This document shows, piece after piece, positions 5,947 through 13,856 of a stretch of DNA of 13,856 bases. How positions within the stretch are numbered: the first letter of the stretch is position 1; each line of letters starts with the position of its first letter. Made by a program: the position numbers and the translations under genes. The stretch is from an uncultured Myxococcales bacterium (GTDB lineage Bacteria > Myxococcota > UBA4151), in the NCBI GenBank assembly GCA_964013405.1, contig CAXGWI010000097.1, positions 1 to 13,856 of the forward strand, read 5' to 3'. Under the pieces are notes generated by a model. It saw only the letters and a program-made list of their open reading frames with translations, ran no database searches and had not been told where the DNA came from.

Positions 5947-8058
5947 CTAATCAGGGGGCGCCGGCAGGACATAGAGATCCGAGTTCATCCCGCTGACGTG
6001 ATAGTCGATGGCCGTGATGCGCAACTGCACCGGCTCACCGGCCGGCAGCAAGGATGTGATCTCCAGCGCCACATCTTCCCCATCCCGGCGGCCCAGGCCC
6101 GGGGGGAAACAAAAATTGGCCGTCGAGGTATGGCCGCAGGTGGTACCCATCCGGGAAGGACGGGGCATCTGCTCGACCAGCTCACGGCAGAAATTGCTGT
6201 GACAGCCCTGCCCCTCAGGACAATCCCAACTGGTCTGGCAGCCCAGGTTCGGGCCGCTGGCAGCGGTGGTAAAGCGCAGCTCGCAACCAGGCCAGAGATA
6301 GCCGCCCACCATCTGGGCATGAAGGGGCTTACAGACCTGATTCAAACAGGCCGTTCCCGCCGGACAATCGCTGGTTTCTCGGCAATCTTGCTCGATGTCG
6401 TTTTGACAGCCGTTAAAGCCGCAGGTGTAGCCTGGTGGGCAGTTGCCATCGGGGTCGCAAATGATCTGTCCCCGGCGCAAAAAGCTCTCAAAGTAAAAGA
6501 TATTGTCGACGCCCCAGTTCGCCTCCTGGAACGCATCCCCCGAGAGGATGACCCGCTGGCCCTCGGGCCGGATGATACAGTGGGAGGTCCGCTGCACGAG
6601 AATGTTGTCGCCCTGACTCTCCCGAGGGCATTCCCCATGGCCATGCCATTGGAGGTAATCCACCTCCCCGTTCAGCGTCCGGAAGACCTCCGTCGACTGG
6701 GGTGGCGTGATGGCTGAAGCCACTTGAAGCGAAGTGGTTTGACCCAGGATCAAGCAGTCCTCCGACTTGCCCTCTAAGCCCGCGACTTGAAGGAAGCCCG
6801 CAGCAAACTCATCGGGAAAGAAACATGCTTCGCCGGCACCGGCTACCGTGCCATGAACCTCAACCAAACCCGCTTCGGGCAAGACCGTGCCCTCCACCGA
6901 CAGGACCGTGTCCTCGGTGAGTTCACCTAAATCGGCGATGATCCGCTCCGGTCCCGAATCCGCCAACTCGAGGGCAAGACCGTTGCGTTGGACCGTGGCC
7001 AAATCGAGCTCTAGCCCCGAAGCCACGGTGAGGCGGGCTTTTAGGAGTTCGCCGTCGGGGGAAGGGCGCACCGTCATCCGAACGTGCACCCGGTCGCCCA
7101 CCCGGGTGGGCAGCCCATCGCCGTCGCTGAGCCGGATCTCCGTGATCGCATTGCTCGGCGCACAACCCGCTTCTAAGGCCGCTGAAACCGGATCGCCTCC
7201 CGCACCACAGTCGCTGACGAGATGGACCTGAACCCGGGCTGAGCGGCCAAAGTTCTGCTGCCGCACAGGAAAGCGCAAGGTATGCCGCTCGGGGCCGCTG
7301 CGATCGAGCGGCAAGTCAAAGCCCCGGTCATTGAAGAGCGCATCAACGAAGACACCGTCGAGCTCGACCGCACCGGCCGTGCCGAGATTGTCGAGCTCAA
7401 CGATCAATTTGAGCCCGGGGAGATCCCGATGAACGATCCGGTCAAACATGACCTCGACATCGTGGATATCGCCGGATTCCGGCTCCCCGCCATTCCGGTC
7501 GTACATCGAGATCGACCCATCGGAATTCACCAGGTCGAGCAGCGCGCAGAAGCCGTCATTACAACGGCGACATTCGCCACAGGCTGTCGCCTCGTCACAG
7601 ACCAGGGGCAAGCAGCTCCCCCCTTCACAGACGAAGGACTCGGGACAGGGCGTCCCACCATCACAAATGGCCTGACAGCGCCCACTCACTCGGTGGCAGA
7701 CCTCAGTGTCAGCGCATTGCTCATCCTGGGTACAGCTCACGCAGCGGCCATCGAGGCAGGGGCGCAGATGGGGGCAGGGCGTCAACAAGTCACAGGTTTT
7801 GGCCTCGCAGATCCCGGCCCGACAGTCCTGCCAAGGGTCGCAAGGGCGATCCAAATCGCAAACCCCCGGACTGCAGACCTCCGAAAGGCAAAATAGATCC
7901 CGTTGGCACTCGGTATCGGCGGCGCAAGTATCGCCTTCACCGCCGAAGGTTTGCACTTCTGGGGGCGCGCCCCCATCGGGGGTTGCCGGTTCTTCGGCCG
8001 GGCAGCCCAAGCAGGCCATCGCGATCAACCAAGATAGACAAAGGCTAGGTCGTTGCAT
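5947..8058 (-). CDS. Cys-repeat surface lipoprotein with a DUF11-like Ig domain and a C-terminal beta-sandwich-like domain (703 aa)
   Basis: Start reassigned to ATG 8058 (MQRPSLCLSWLIAMACLG|CPAEE, lipobox-like CLGC, AGGA upstream); the track start at 8310 would overlap ligA on the other strand. Nine C-x5-C-x5-C-x4(6)-C repeats. The segment RVGDRVHVRMTV...VASGLELDLATVQRNG...ADLGEL...VLSVEGTV resembles DUF11. Confidence 0.82.
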   Translation of the reverse strand: MQRPSLCLSWLIAMACLGCPAEEPATPDGGAPPEVQTFGGEGDTCAADTECQRDLFCLSEVCSPGVCDLDRPCDPWQDCRAGICEAKTCDLLTPCPHLRPCLDGRCVSCTQDEQCADTEVCHRVSGRCQAICDGGTPCPESFVCEGGSCLPLVCDEATACGECRRCNDGFCALLDLVNSDGSISMYDRNGGEPESGDIHDVEVMFDRIVHRDLPGLKLIVELDNLGTAGAVELDGVFVDALFNDRGFDLPLDRSGPERHTLRFPVRQQNFGRSARVQVHLVSDCGAGGDPVSAALEAGCAPSNAITEIRLSDGDGLPTRVGDRVHVRMTVRPSPDGELLKARLTVASGLELDLATVQRNGLALELADSGPERIIADLGELTEDTVLSVEGTVLPEAGLVEVHGTVAGAGEACFFPDEFAAGFLQVAGLEGKSEDCLILGQTTSLQVASAITPPQSTEVFRTLNGEVDYLQWHGHGECPRESQGDNILVQRTSHCIIRPEGQRVILSGDAFQEANWGVDNIFYFESFLRRGQIICDPDGNCPPGYTCGFNGCQNDIEQDCRETSDCPAGTACLNQVCKPLHAQMVGGYLWPGCELRFTTAASGPNLGCQTSWDCPEGQGCHSNFCRELVEQMPRPSRMGTTCGHTSTANFCFPPGLGRRDGEDVALEITSLLPAGEPVQLRITAIDYHVSGMNSDLYVLPAPPD
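6187..6459 (-). repeat. Three C-x5-C-x5-C-x4-C repeats (C-terminal block)
   Basis: CDPDGNCPPGYTCGFNGC, CRETSDCPAGTACLNQVC, CQTSWDCPEGQGCHSNFC. Confidence 0.85.
7546..7926 (-). repeat. Six tandem C-x5-C-x5-C-x4(6)-C repeats (N-terminal block)
   Basis: CAADTECQRDLFCLSEVC, CDLDRPCDPWQDCRAGIC, CDLLTPCPHLRPCLDGRC, CTQDEQCADTEVCHRVSGRC, CDGGTPCPESFVCEGGSC, CDEATACGECRRCNDGFC. Confidence 0.9.
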
Positions 8059-8172
8059 CGTCACTTTCCTGGCGAGAGTATCCCATGGAAGCCCCCGTGA
8101 ATCGAGCCACTTCGTTACAGCCCATTGATGGATCCATGGAAGACCGATACGGCAGCCATCGAGGAGAGGGTC

Positions 8173-10014
8173 GTGAGCGAGGAAAAAACCGAGGCACTCG
8201 TGGAGCAACTGGGGCTGTGGAACCAGGCCTATCGTGATGGCAAGCCCCTGATCAGTGACCGGGAGTACGACGATAAGGTCGAGGAGCTCCGGACCCTCGA
8301 TCCGGACCATGTCTATTTACACACAGTGGAGGCTGAGTCCTTCGACAACAAAGGCCAGGTGCGTCACGCCAAACCCATGCTGAGCACGGAAAAAGCCTAC
8401 GACCGAGAGACCCTGCAACGCTGGCTCGACCGCTGCCTTAAGGCCGCCGATCAGTTGGGTTTGCCGGCACCCACCATCCGGGTCACCCCCAAACTCGACG
8501 GTGCGGCAGGCCATGACAATGGCACGGTCCTCGCCACTCGGGGCAATGGGCTCGTGGGCTACGACATCACCGAGGCCCTGCACCGAGGCGTGGTGCCCAT
8601 CGGCGGTCGGGGTCTGGGTCTGGGCGAGATCGTGATGGCCCAAACCTATTTCGAGACCGCCTTGGCCGACGAGTTCGAGCATCCCCGCAACTTGGTGGTC
8701 GGCATCCTGGGCTCGGACACCCTATCCGAGCCGGCCAAAAAGGCCCTGGATGCAGGTCAGGTCCATTTTGTCCCCTACGTGAACCTCGCCTGCTGGCGTG
8801 GCGACCATCAGCGTTTTCTCGAAGACCTCGACACCATTCGGCACGACCTGCGCGGCCAAGTGGATTACGCTCTTGATGGTTTCGTGGCCGAGGCAGAAGG
8901 GGAAGCGCTGCGGGAGCATATGGGGGCCACGAACCATCACTACCGTTGGCAAATCGCCATCAAGGAGCGGGGCGAGACCGCCGAGACCATCGTCCGGGCC
9001 ATCACCTGGCAGACGGGGCGGACCGGCAACGTCACCCCCGTCCTTGAAGTGGAGCCCACCCGGGTGAGCGGTGCCACCATCCAACGGATCACCGGGCACC
9101 ACGCCGGGCTGATCAAAGCCCAGCAGATCGGCCCCGGCGCCCGCATTCAGATCATCCGCAGCGGCGAAGTCATCCCCAAACTCGAACAGGTCCTTGAAGC
9201 CAGTGATGAGGTCACTGTCGCCTCCGAATGCCCCAGCTGCGGGGGGGCTTTGAGTTGGCGCAACGACTTCCTCGTCTGCACCAATCACGATGCCTGCCCA
9301 GCCCAGGTGGTGAACGGACTGCGCCACTGGTTCAAGATGCTGGGCAGCGCCGATTGGTTTGGACCCAAATCGCTACAACGCTTGGTCGATGGTGGCTTCG
9401 ACAGCTTGGAGAAGATCTATGGACTCACCGAAGCGGATTGCTTGAACCTGGACTTCGGGCCAGGCCAATCGGCTAACTTCGTCGAGGCCCTCGCCACCAG
9501 TCGCCAAACCGAGGTTGAAGACGCCCGCTTTCTCGCCGCCTTCGGCATCGCCGATCTGGGCTTGGGCGACAGCCGCAACCTGCTGCGGCAATTCCCCCTG
9601 GAGAGCTTGGGCGAGCTGCAGGCGGAGACCCTGGAGGCGGTGCATGGCTTCGGCACCATCACCAGCGTTCGCATCACCGAAGGCTTGCAGGCCCGCTGGG
9701 GCACCATTGAGCACATGCTCAATCTGGGCTTCCGACTCCTGCCCACCCCCCTCGCAGCGGCCCAGGAGGCGGTGGAGAGCCCCATCGCCGGTAAGCGCAT
9801 CGTCTTTACCGGCAAGATGCTCCTGGGGACCCGGGACGAAATGCAGGCCGGTGCGCGCGCTTTGGGCGCGGACGTCCTCAGCTCGGTCAGCGGTAAGACG
9901 CAGATTCTGGTCGCCGGCGAAAAAGCCAGTTCTGGTAAAATCGCCAAGGCGGAAGCCGCGGGCGCCCAGATTCTTTCCGAGCAAGAATATCTGAGCTTGA
10001 TCGGTCAAGCATGA
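8173..10014 (+). CDS. ligA: NAD-dependent DNA ligase (LigA family, divergent compact type)
   Basis: Domain Ia YRDGKPLISDREYD, MLSTEK, motif I PKLDG, ATRGNG, GEIVM, HPRN, ALDG, RWQIAIK, OB fold WQTGRTGNVTP and IRSGEVIPK, Cys4 zinc finger CPSC-x12-C-x5-C, HhH region, and BRCT domain GKRIVFTGKM...SSVSGKTQILVAGE. Start chosen as GTG 8173 with SD GAGGAG at 8161-8166; ATG 8128 is an alternative. Confidence 0.92.
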   Translation: MSEEKTEALVEQLGLWNQAYRDGKPLISDREYDDKVEELRTLDPDHVYLHTVEAESFDNKGQVRHAKPMLSTEKAYDRETLQRWLDRCLKAADQLGLPAPTIRVTPKLDGAAGHDNGTVLATRGNGLVGYDITEALHRGVVPIGGRGLGLGEIVMAQTYFETALADEFEHPRNLVVGILGSDTLSEPAKKALDAGQVHFVPYVNLACWRGDHQRFLEDLDTIRHDLRGQVDYALDGFVAEAEGEALREHMGATNHHYRWQIAIKERGETAETIVRAITWQTGRTGNVTPVLEVEPTRVSGATIQRITGHHAGLIKAQQIGPGARIQIIRSGEVIPKLEQVLEASDEVTVASECPSCGGALSWRNDFLVCTNHDACPAQVVNGLRHWFKMLGSADWFGPKSLQRLVDGGFDSLEKIYGLTEADCLNLDFGPGQSANFVEALATSRQTEVEDARFLAAFGIADLGLGDSRNLLRQFPLESLGELQAETLEAVHGFGTITSVRITEGLQARWGTIEHMLNLGFRLLPTPLAAAQEAVESPIAGKRIVFTGKMLLGTRDEMQAGARALGADVLSSVSGKTQILVAGEKASSGKIAKAEAAGAQILSEQEYLSLIGQA

Positions 10015-12035
10015 CCCTGTCGCCCCTTCTTCTCGGCCTCCTCCTCGCCGCGGAGCCGACGCCCCCCACCCCCCTCGTCTTCCATGGCGTGGAGCCGGGC
10101 CTCCAGAGCCAGTTACGGGCCCATTGGCGCTTTCTCGGCAACCATGTCGAGTCCCTGGAAGCGGCCATGAAGCGGGTCTATTTCGGCACGGGCAAGTACC
10201 TGGCGCAGGTGGAGATCGAAGCACGGGAAGGCGCCTTGCACATCACCGTACGCAACAGCCGGGTCGCTCGCATCCGGCGGGTGAGCTTCGTGGGCAACAC
10301 CGTCCTCTCCGATGCACAGCTCATGCAGCGATTGATCAACCGGGAGGATGCCTTCTCCGCCCGTATGGCTGGTCTTGGCCGCTACCTGCCCCAAGCCCGG
10401 GGAGAGGACCGAACGGGGCTCCGCTCTGCCTATCATGATGCCGGTCACATCTTTGCCGAGATCAGTGCGCCCCGGGTCACCGTCGACCCGGACCTCCGAG
10501 GGGTTCGCCTGGAGTTCGAGATCGACGAAGGGCCCCAATATGCCCTGGGCAAATTGAGCCTCTCTGGGCTCCCAGCGGGCTATGCCTTCCCCTATCGAGA
10601 GGGGGAGCCCTTCGCCGTCAGTCGGATTCGGGCAGCGGTTCAAGCCACCCTCGACCGGTATCGGGCCCAGGGCTACGCCCTCGCGAAGGTGACCGAAGCC
10701 AGCGAGGTCCAGCACGAAGCCCAGACGGTCAGCCTGGAACTGAACTTTGAAACCGGACCGCTGTGCACCATCTCCGAGGTTCGGGTGGAGGGTCTGAGCA
10801 AGCTAAGCCCGGATCGGGTGCGAGAATTACTGCGGGTCCAGCCGGGGCAGCCTTACGACCACCGACTCCTGAGAGAGGAGATCGGACGCCTACGGGGTCT
10901 AGGGCTCATCATGGACGGTACCGTGGAGGCCCAGCCCGGGTCCAAGCCCGGTGAAGTCGTCGCCGTGCTCCACCTAGCCGATGCCATGCAGCGCTGGTTT
11001 CCCGCTTTCTCCATGACCTATTTGCCCGGCGAAGGCACCGTGCTGCTGCTGCAGCTCTCAAGCCCCAACCTGGCCGAGCGGGCCCTGCGCTTTTACAGCA
11101 GCCTCTGGCTCAGCGGACAACGGCAGCTCTTCGATCTCTCCCTCTCCCAGCCCGGCTATTTTCACCCCCTGGACTCGGCCGGTGTCGAAATCCACAACCG
11201 AGACCGGCAGATGGCCCTCATCCGCACCCAAACCCAGGGCTTCTCCCTGAGCTACGGCATGAGTCTCGACCAGCGTCGGCGCTGGCGCATCGGCGGCCGC
11301 CTGCTCCTCGATCGTATCGTGAGCACAGCCCAATCCCTGCCCAGCGATTTCGAAGAAGCCAGTGAAGCCCTCCAGGAACGCTACTTTCCCGACTACCCCA
11401 GCGGCACGGCGAGCGGCCGGATCAAACTCAGCCTGAACCTGAGCTATGACACCCGGGACAGTGGGCTCCTCGCCACCCGGGGCACCAGCGTCAGCCTTGG
11501 CTTGGGCTACGGCTACAGCGCCCCCCCGAACTTTGCGGGTAGCCTCGAGACCAGCGCCCAATGGAAAGGCTATCTGCGCTTGCCAGGTCAATTCCGCTTC
11601 CGCAGCCGCCTGGGCGCCCGCTGGAACCTGAGTCAGGCCCTCCACCCCAGCGATTTGATGGTGGTCGGAGGCATGACCACCCTGCGAGGCTTTCTCACCA
11701 ACCGGATCGGCCCGGTGCTCCTCAATGATCCCCGACTGGTGATCGGTGGCGACCGACTCGCCCAGGGCAGCGTCGAATTGGGACGGCCCCTGAACTCGAT
11801 CCTCGAGCCCTTCATCTTCGCCGATGCGGCCAATGCATTTTCCCGGGACACCGGCTGGTTTCACGAGCCCAATACCGTTCGCCCGCTCATCGGTGGCCTG
11901 GCCTTCTCCACGGGCTTCGGCATCCTTGTCCGACTGCCCGTACTTCCCTTACGCTTTGAATGGGGTTGGCCCATCACCCGGGGAGAAACCGACCCGGAGT
12001 GGCTCTTCTCCTTAGGCATTGGAACGGGGGTCTAG
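10011..12035 (+). CDS. Omp85-family outer-membrane protein (BamA/TamA-like paralogue) with POTRA domains
   Basis: Hydrophobic N-terminal signal. POTRA-like units IRRVSFVGNTVLSD...AYHDAGH...FEIDEGPQY, LGKLSLSG...RYRAQGY...FETGP and ISEVRVEG...QPGQPYD...RLRGLG. Barrel motifs YDTRDSGLLATRG, TLRGF (the VRGF/Y motif), IGGDRLAQGSVEL, FADAAN and STGFG...PLRFEWGWPI. ATGA overlap with ligA. Confidence 0.9.
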   Translation: MTLSPLLLGLLLAAEPTPPTPLVFHGVEPGLQSQLRAHWRFLGNHVESLEAAMKRVYFGTGKYLAQVEIEAREGALHITVRNSRVARIRRVSFVGNTVLSDAQLMQRLINREDAFSARMAGLGRYLPQARGEDRTGLRSAYHDAGHIFAEISAPRVTVDPDLRGVRLEFEIDEGPQYALGKLSLSGLPAGYAFPYREGEPFAVSRIRAAVQATLDRYRAQGYALAKVTEASEVQHEAQTVSLELNFETGPLCTISEVRVEGLSKLSPDRVRELLRVQPGQPYDHRLLREEIGRLRGLGLIMDGTVEAQPGSKPGEVVAVLHLADAMQRWFPAFSMTYLPGEGTVLLLQLSSPNLAERALRFYSSLWLSGQRQLFDLSLSQPGYFHPLDSAGVEIHNRDRQMALIRTQTQGFSLSYGMSLDQRRRWRIGGRLLLDRIVSTAQSLPSDFEEASEALQERYFPDYPSGTASGRIKLSLNLSYDTRDSGLLATRGTSVSLGLGYGYSAPPNFAGSLETSAQWKGYLRLPGQFRFRSRLGARWNLSQALHPSDLMVVGGMTTLRGFLTNRIGPVLLNDPRLVIGGDRLAQGSVELGRPLNSILEPFIFADAANAFSRDTGWFHEPNTVRPLIGGLAFSTGFGILVRLPVLPLRFEWGWPITRGETDPEWLFSLGIGTGV

Positions 12036-12038
12036 ACC

Positions 12039-12974
12039 ATGGGCTTGATGGCTTTCCTCATCCTATCGAGCGCCCCCGATACCGGGCTCGCCATGAAGCC
12101 CATCGATTGTGCGCCAGCGGCCCTATGCACCACCAACGTTGGCAGTCCGGGGCGACGGGTCGAGAGTTGGTTGGAGTCCACGCTCTTGCGCCAGGCCCGG
12201 GGCAAGTGGCGTATCGTCACGCCGGCCAAGTTCATCGATCTTTTGAAGCAGTCCGGCTACAGCGACAAGCAGGTCCGGGAGCAATGCCAAGACGACAGTT
12301 GCGTGGCCCAGCTCATCGGCGCCCTCGACCTCGATTACCTCGTCAGTACCGAGTTGATGGCCCTTGGCGACAACCGCTTCGAACTCACCGTGCGACTCTG
12401 GGCCAGCGAGGAGAGCTTGGCGACAGAGTCCGTACTGGCCGAGGGCTTGGAGCAACTCAAGCCCAGGTTGAGAGGGCTCACCTCCTCTCTGCTTGAGCCC
12501 CTCGAAGCCCGCCGCCGAGCAGCGCCCGCCCCCCAACCGAAGCCCCTACCTAAGTTCCGCATCGAGGCCAGTTCGGTCCTGGTGGAAAAGGGAGGCCGGC
12601 GCCATGGCACCGAGCGCTTGGGGGACAAAGACCCCCGAACGGCCTGGTGCGAAGGGGCCCCAGGCCCTGGGACCGGCAGCACCCTGACGCTGCGTTTCGC
12701 CCAACCCACCCGGCTGGGGGGCATCCAGACCCGTAACGGCTATGCCAAATCTGACCGACTCTGGGCCGCCAACGGTCGGGTGGGCGCCTGGAGCATCCGC
12801 AGCGATCAAGGTGGACAAGGGACGCTCCGACCCCAGGCAGCAAAAGGAGACATGGAGACGCTCAAGCTCAAGAGCCCGCTGCCCGGCAGCGTCTTCACCT
12901 TCACCGTCAGCGAAGGGATCAAGGGGACACGCTATCCTGATCTTTGTGTGTCCGAACTCCATCCCCTGCCCTAA
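12039..12974 (+). CDS. Putative secreted protein: N-terminal alpha/beta domain, Pro-rich linker and C-terminal discoidin/F5-8C-like (NADase-type glycan-binding) domain
   Basis: Short hydrophobic N-terminus; CQDDSCVAQLIGALDLDYLV...FELTVRLW; linker AAPAPQPKPLPK; then ASSVL...DKDPRTAWCEGAPGPGTG...NGYAKS...NGRV...YPDLCVSEL, typical of this discoidin-like family. Gaps to its neighbours are 3 bp and 6 bp. Confidence 0.75.
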   Translation: MGLMAFLILSSAPDTGLAMKPIDCAPAALCTTNVGSPGRRVESWLESTLLRQARGKWRIVTPAKFIDLLKQSGYSDKQVREQCQDDSCVAQLIGALDLDYLVSTELMALGDNRFELTVRLWASEESLATESVLAEGLEQLKPRLRGLTSSLLEPLEARRRAAPAPQPKPLPKFRIEASSVLVEKGGRRHGTERLGDKDPRTAWCEGAPGPGTGSTLTLRFAQPTRLGGIQTRNGYAKSDRLWAANGRVGAWSIRSDQGGQGTLRPQAAKGDMETLKLKSPLPGSVFTFTVSEGIKGTRYPDLCVSELHPLP

Positions 12975-12980
12975 TCCGCA

Positions 12981-13856
12981 ATGGCCCTCCCCATCACAGC
13001 ACAACTCCCCGACCTCGTGGCGACGCTGAGCCGGGAGGGGGCGGCGGTGGTCGTCGCCCCACCGGGGACGGGTAAGAGCACCCAGATCCCCCCAGCCATC
13101 GCCGCCACTGGGCGCAAGACACTGGTGGTCCAACCCCGCCGTGTCGCGGCCCGGGCCTTGGCCCGCCGAGTGGCTCAGGAGCAGCAGGCCATCCTCGGTG
13201 AGGGGGTCGGCTATCACGTTCGCTTCGATCGCTGCGCGAGCCCTCGCACGGCCATCGAGTACGTCACCGATGGCATCTTGCTGCGCCGGCTCCTGCGGGA
13301 GCCAGAGTTGCCCGGTGTGGGGGCCGTGGTCCTCGATGAGTTCCATGAACGCTCGGTGAATATGGATCTGCTCCTCGCCCTCCTCGCCGAGGTTCGCAGC
13401 ACGCTCAGGGAGGATCTCTGGTTCGTCGCCATGTCTGCGACCTTGGATGCGGAGCCCCTCGCCAACTATCTTGGTGGTGCGCCCATCCTTCGCTCCGAGG
13501 CGCCCCTCTATCCCCTCGCCATCGACTTCTCACCGCCCCGGGACGACGATCAGCCTCTGCCCGAGCGTTGCGCCAAGGGCATCCGCCGCCTCCTGCAAAG
13601 CCCGGAAGGCGAAGGAGGCGTCCTGGCCTTTTTACCCGGCGTCCGGGAGATCGAAGCCACAGCCTCCTTACTCCAGGATCTCGCCATCCCCATCCTCCCC
13701 CTGCACGGGCGCCTGCGCCCGAAGGACCAAGATCGAGCGCTGGATCCCGGCACCGGCCCCCGCGTCGTCCTCGCCACCAACCTGGCGGAAACCTCGCTGA
13801 CTGTACCCGGTATCTCTGCGGTGGTGGACAGTGGTCTCGTGAAACGACCCCGCTTT
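12981..13856 (+). CDS. hrpB: ATP-dependent DEAH-box-family helicase HrpB, N-terminal part (truncated by the window end)
   Basis: Not in the ORF track; translated by hand from ATG 12981: MALPITAQLP...APTGTGKSTQ (motif I), QPRRVAAR (Ia), VGYHVRFD, VTDGILLR, VLDEFHERS (II; DEFH is typical of HrpB), MSATLD (III), LAFLPGVREI (IV), PLHG, LATNLAETSLTVPGISAVVDSG (V). Open to the end of the window. Confidence 0.93.
   Translation, partial: MALPITAQLPDLVATLSREGAAVVVAPPGTGKSTQIPPAIAATGRKTLVVQPRRVAARALARRVAQEQQAILGEGVGYHVRFDRCASPRTAIEYVTDGILLRRLLREPELPGVGAVVLDEFHERSVNMDLLLALLAEVRSTLREDLWFVAMSATLDAEPLANYLGGAPILRSEAPLYPLAIDFSPPRDDDQPLPERCAKGIRRLLQSPEGEGGVLAFLPGVREIEATASLLQDLAIPILPLHGRLRPKDQDRALDPGTGPRVVLATNLAETSLTVPGISAVVDSGLVKRPRF

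Noticed and set aside
5874..5972. Upstream start (5972) for the second Cys-rich lipoprotein
   Set aside because: It would place 33 extra residues before an otherwise typical signal peptide starting at ATG 5873, and would overlap the preceding gene.
5665..6717. 350-aa plus-strand ORF spanning two minus-strand genes
   Set aside because: Antisense to well-supported lipoprotein genes, with no motifs of its own.
5947..8058. TraA-like kin-recognition receptor or multiheme cytochrome
   Set aside because: The protein has an N-terminal lipobox and no C-terminal MYXO-CTERM-like tail, there is no adjacent OmpA-type traB gene, and it has no CxxCH motifs.
8059..8310. N-terminal extension of the 787-aa track ORF overlapping ligA head-to-head
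   Set aside because: The signal peptide and lipobox begin at ATG 8058; the extension is largely the reverse complement of the ligA 5' end.
8173..10014. Phage or mobile-element origin for the divergent ligase
   Set aside because: No integrase, transposase, att-like repeats or evident compositional shift, and the gene is coupled to chromosomal-type genes.
12546..13346. 266-aa minus-strand ORF and the other short ORFs overlapping ligA, omp85 and hrpB
   Set aside because: Shadow ORFs over genes with unambiguous motifs.

Overview
GC-rich, gene-dense chromosomal window. The style of its lipoproteins (lipoboxes followed by D-x-G linkers, Cys-rich repeats) suggests a myxobacterial/deltaproteobacterial origin, which is an inference. 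There are two divergent gene blocks. The minus-strand block, read from 8058 leftwards, encodes a Cys-repeat/DUF11-like lipoprotein, a second Cys-rich lipoprotein, RNase HI (rnhA), a Pgm1-like pre-ATP-grasp/ATP-grasp ligase coupled to rnhA by an ATGA overlap, and a large Ig-like (Big_1-type) repeat lipoprotein. That last gene runs off the left edge and is missing from the ORF track. The plus-strand block is a tight probable operon: a divergent NAD-dependent DNA ligase, an Omp85/BamA paralogue with three clear POTRA domains, a secreted two-domain protein with a discoidin-like C-terminus, and the helicase HrpB, which runs off the right edge and is also missing from the ORF track. I saw no RNA genes, CRISPR arrays or mobile elements. 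The most notable points are the rnhA/peptide-ligase coupling with a possibly leaderless promoter, a possible surface-protein assembly locus, a ligase with altered conserved motifs, and two cases of repeats apparently inserted inside folded domains. All family calls come from motif recognition by eye, not from database searches.
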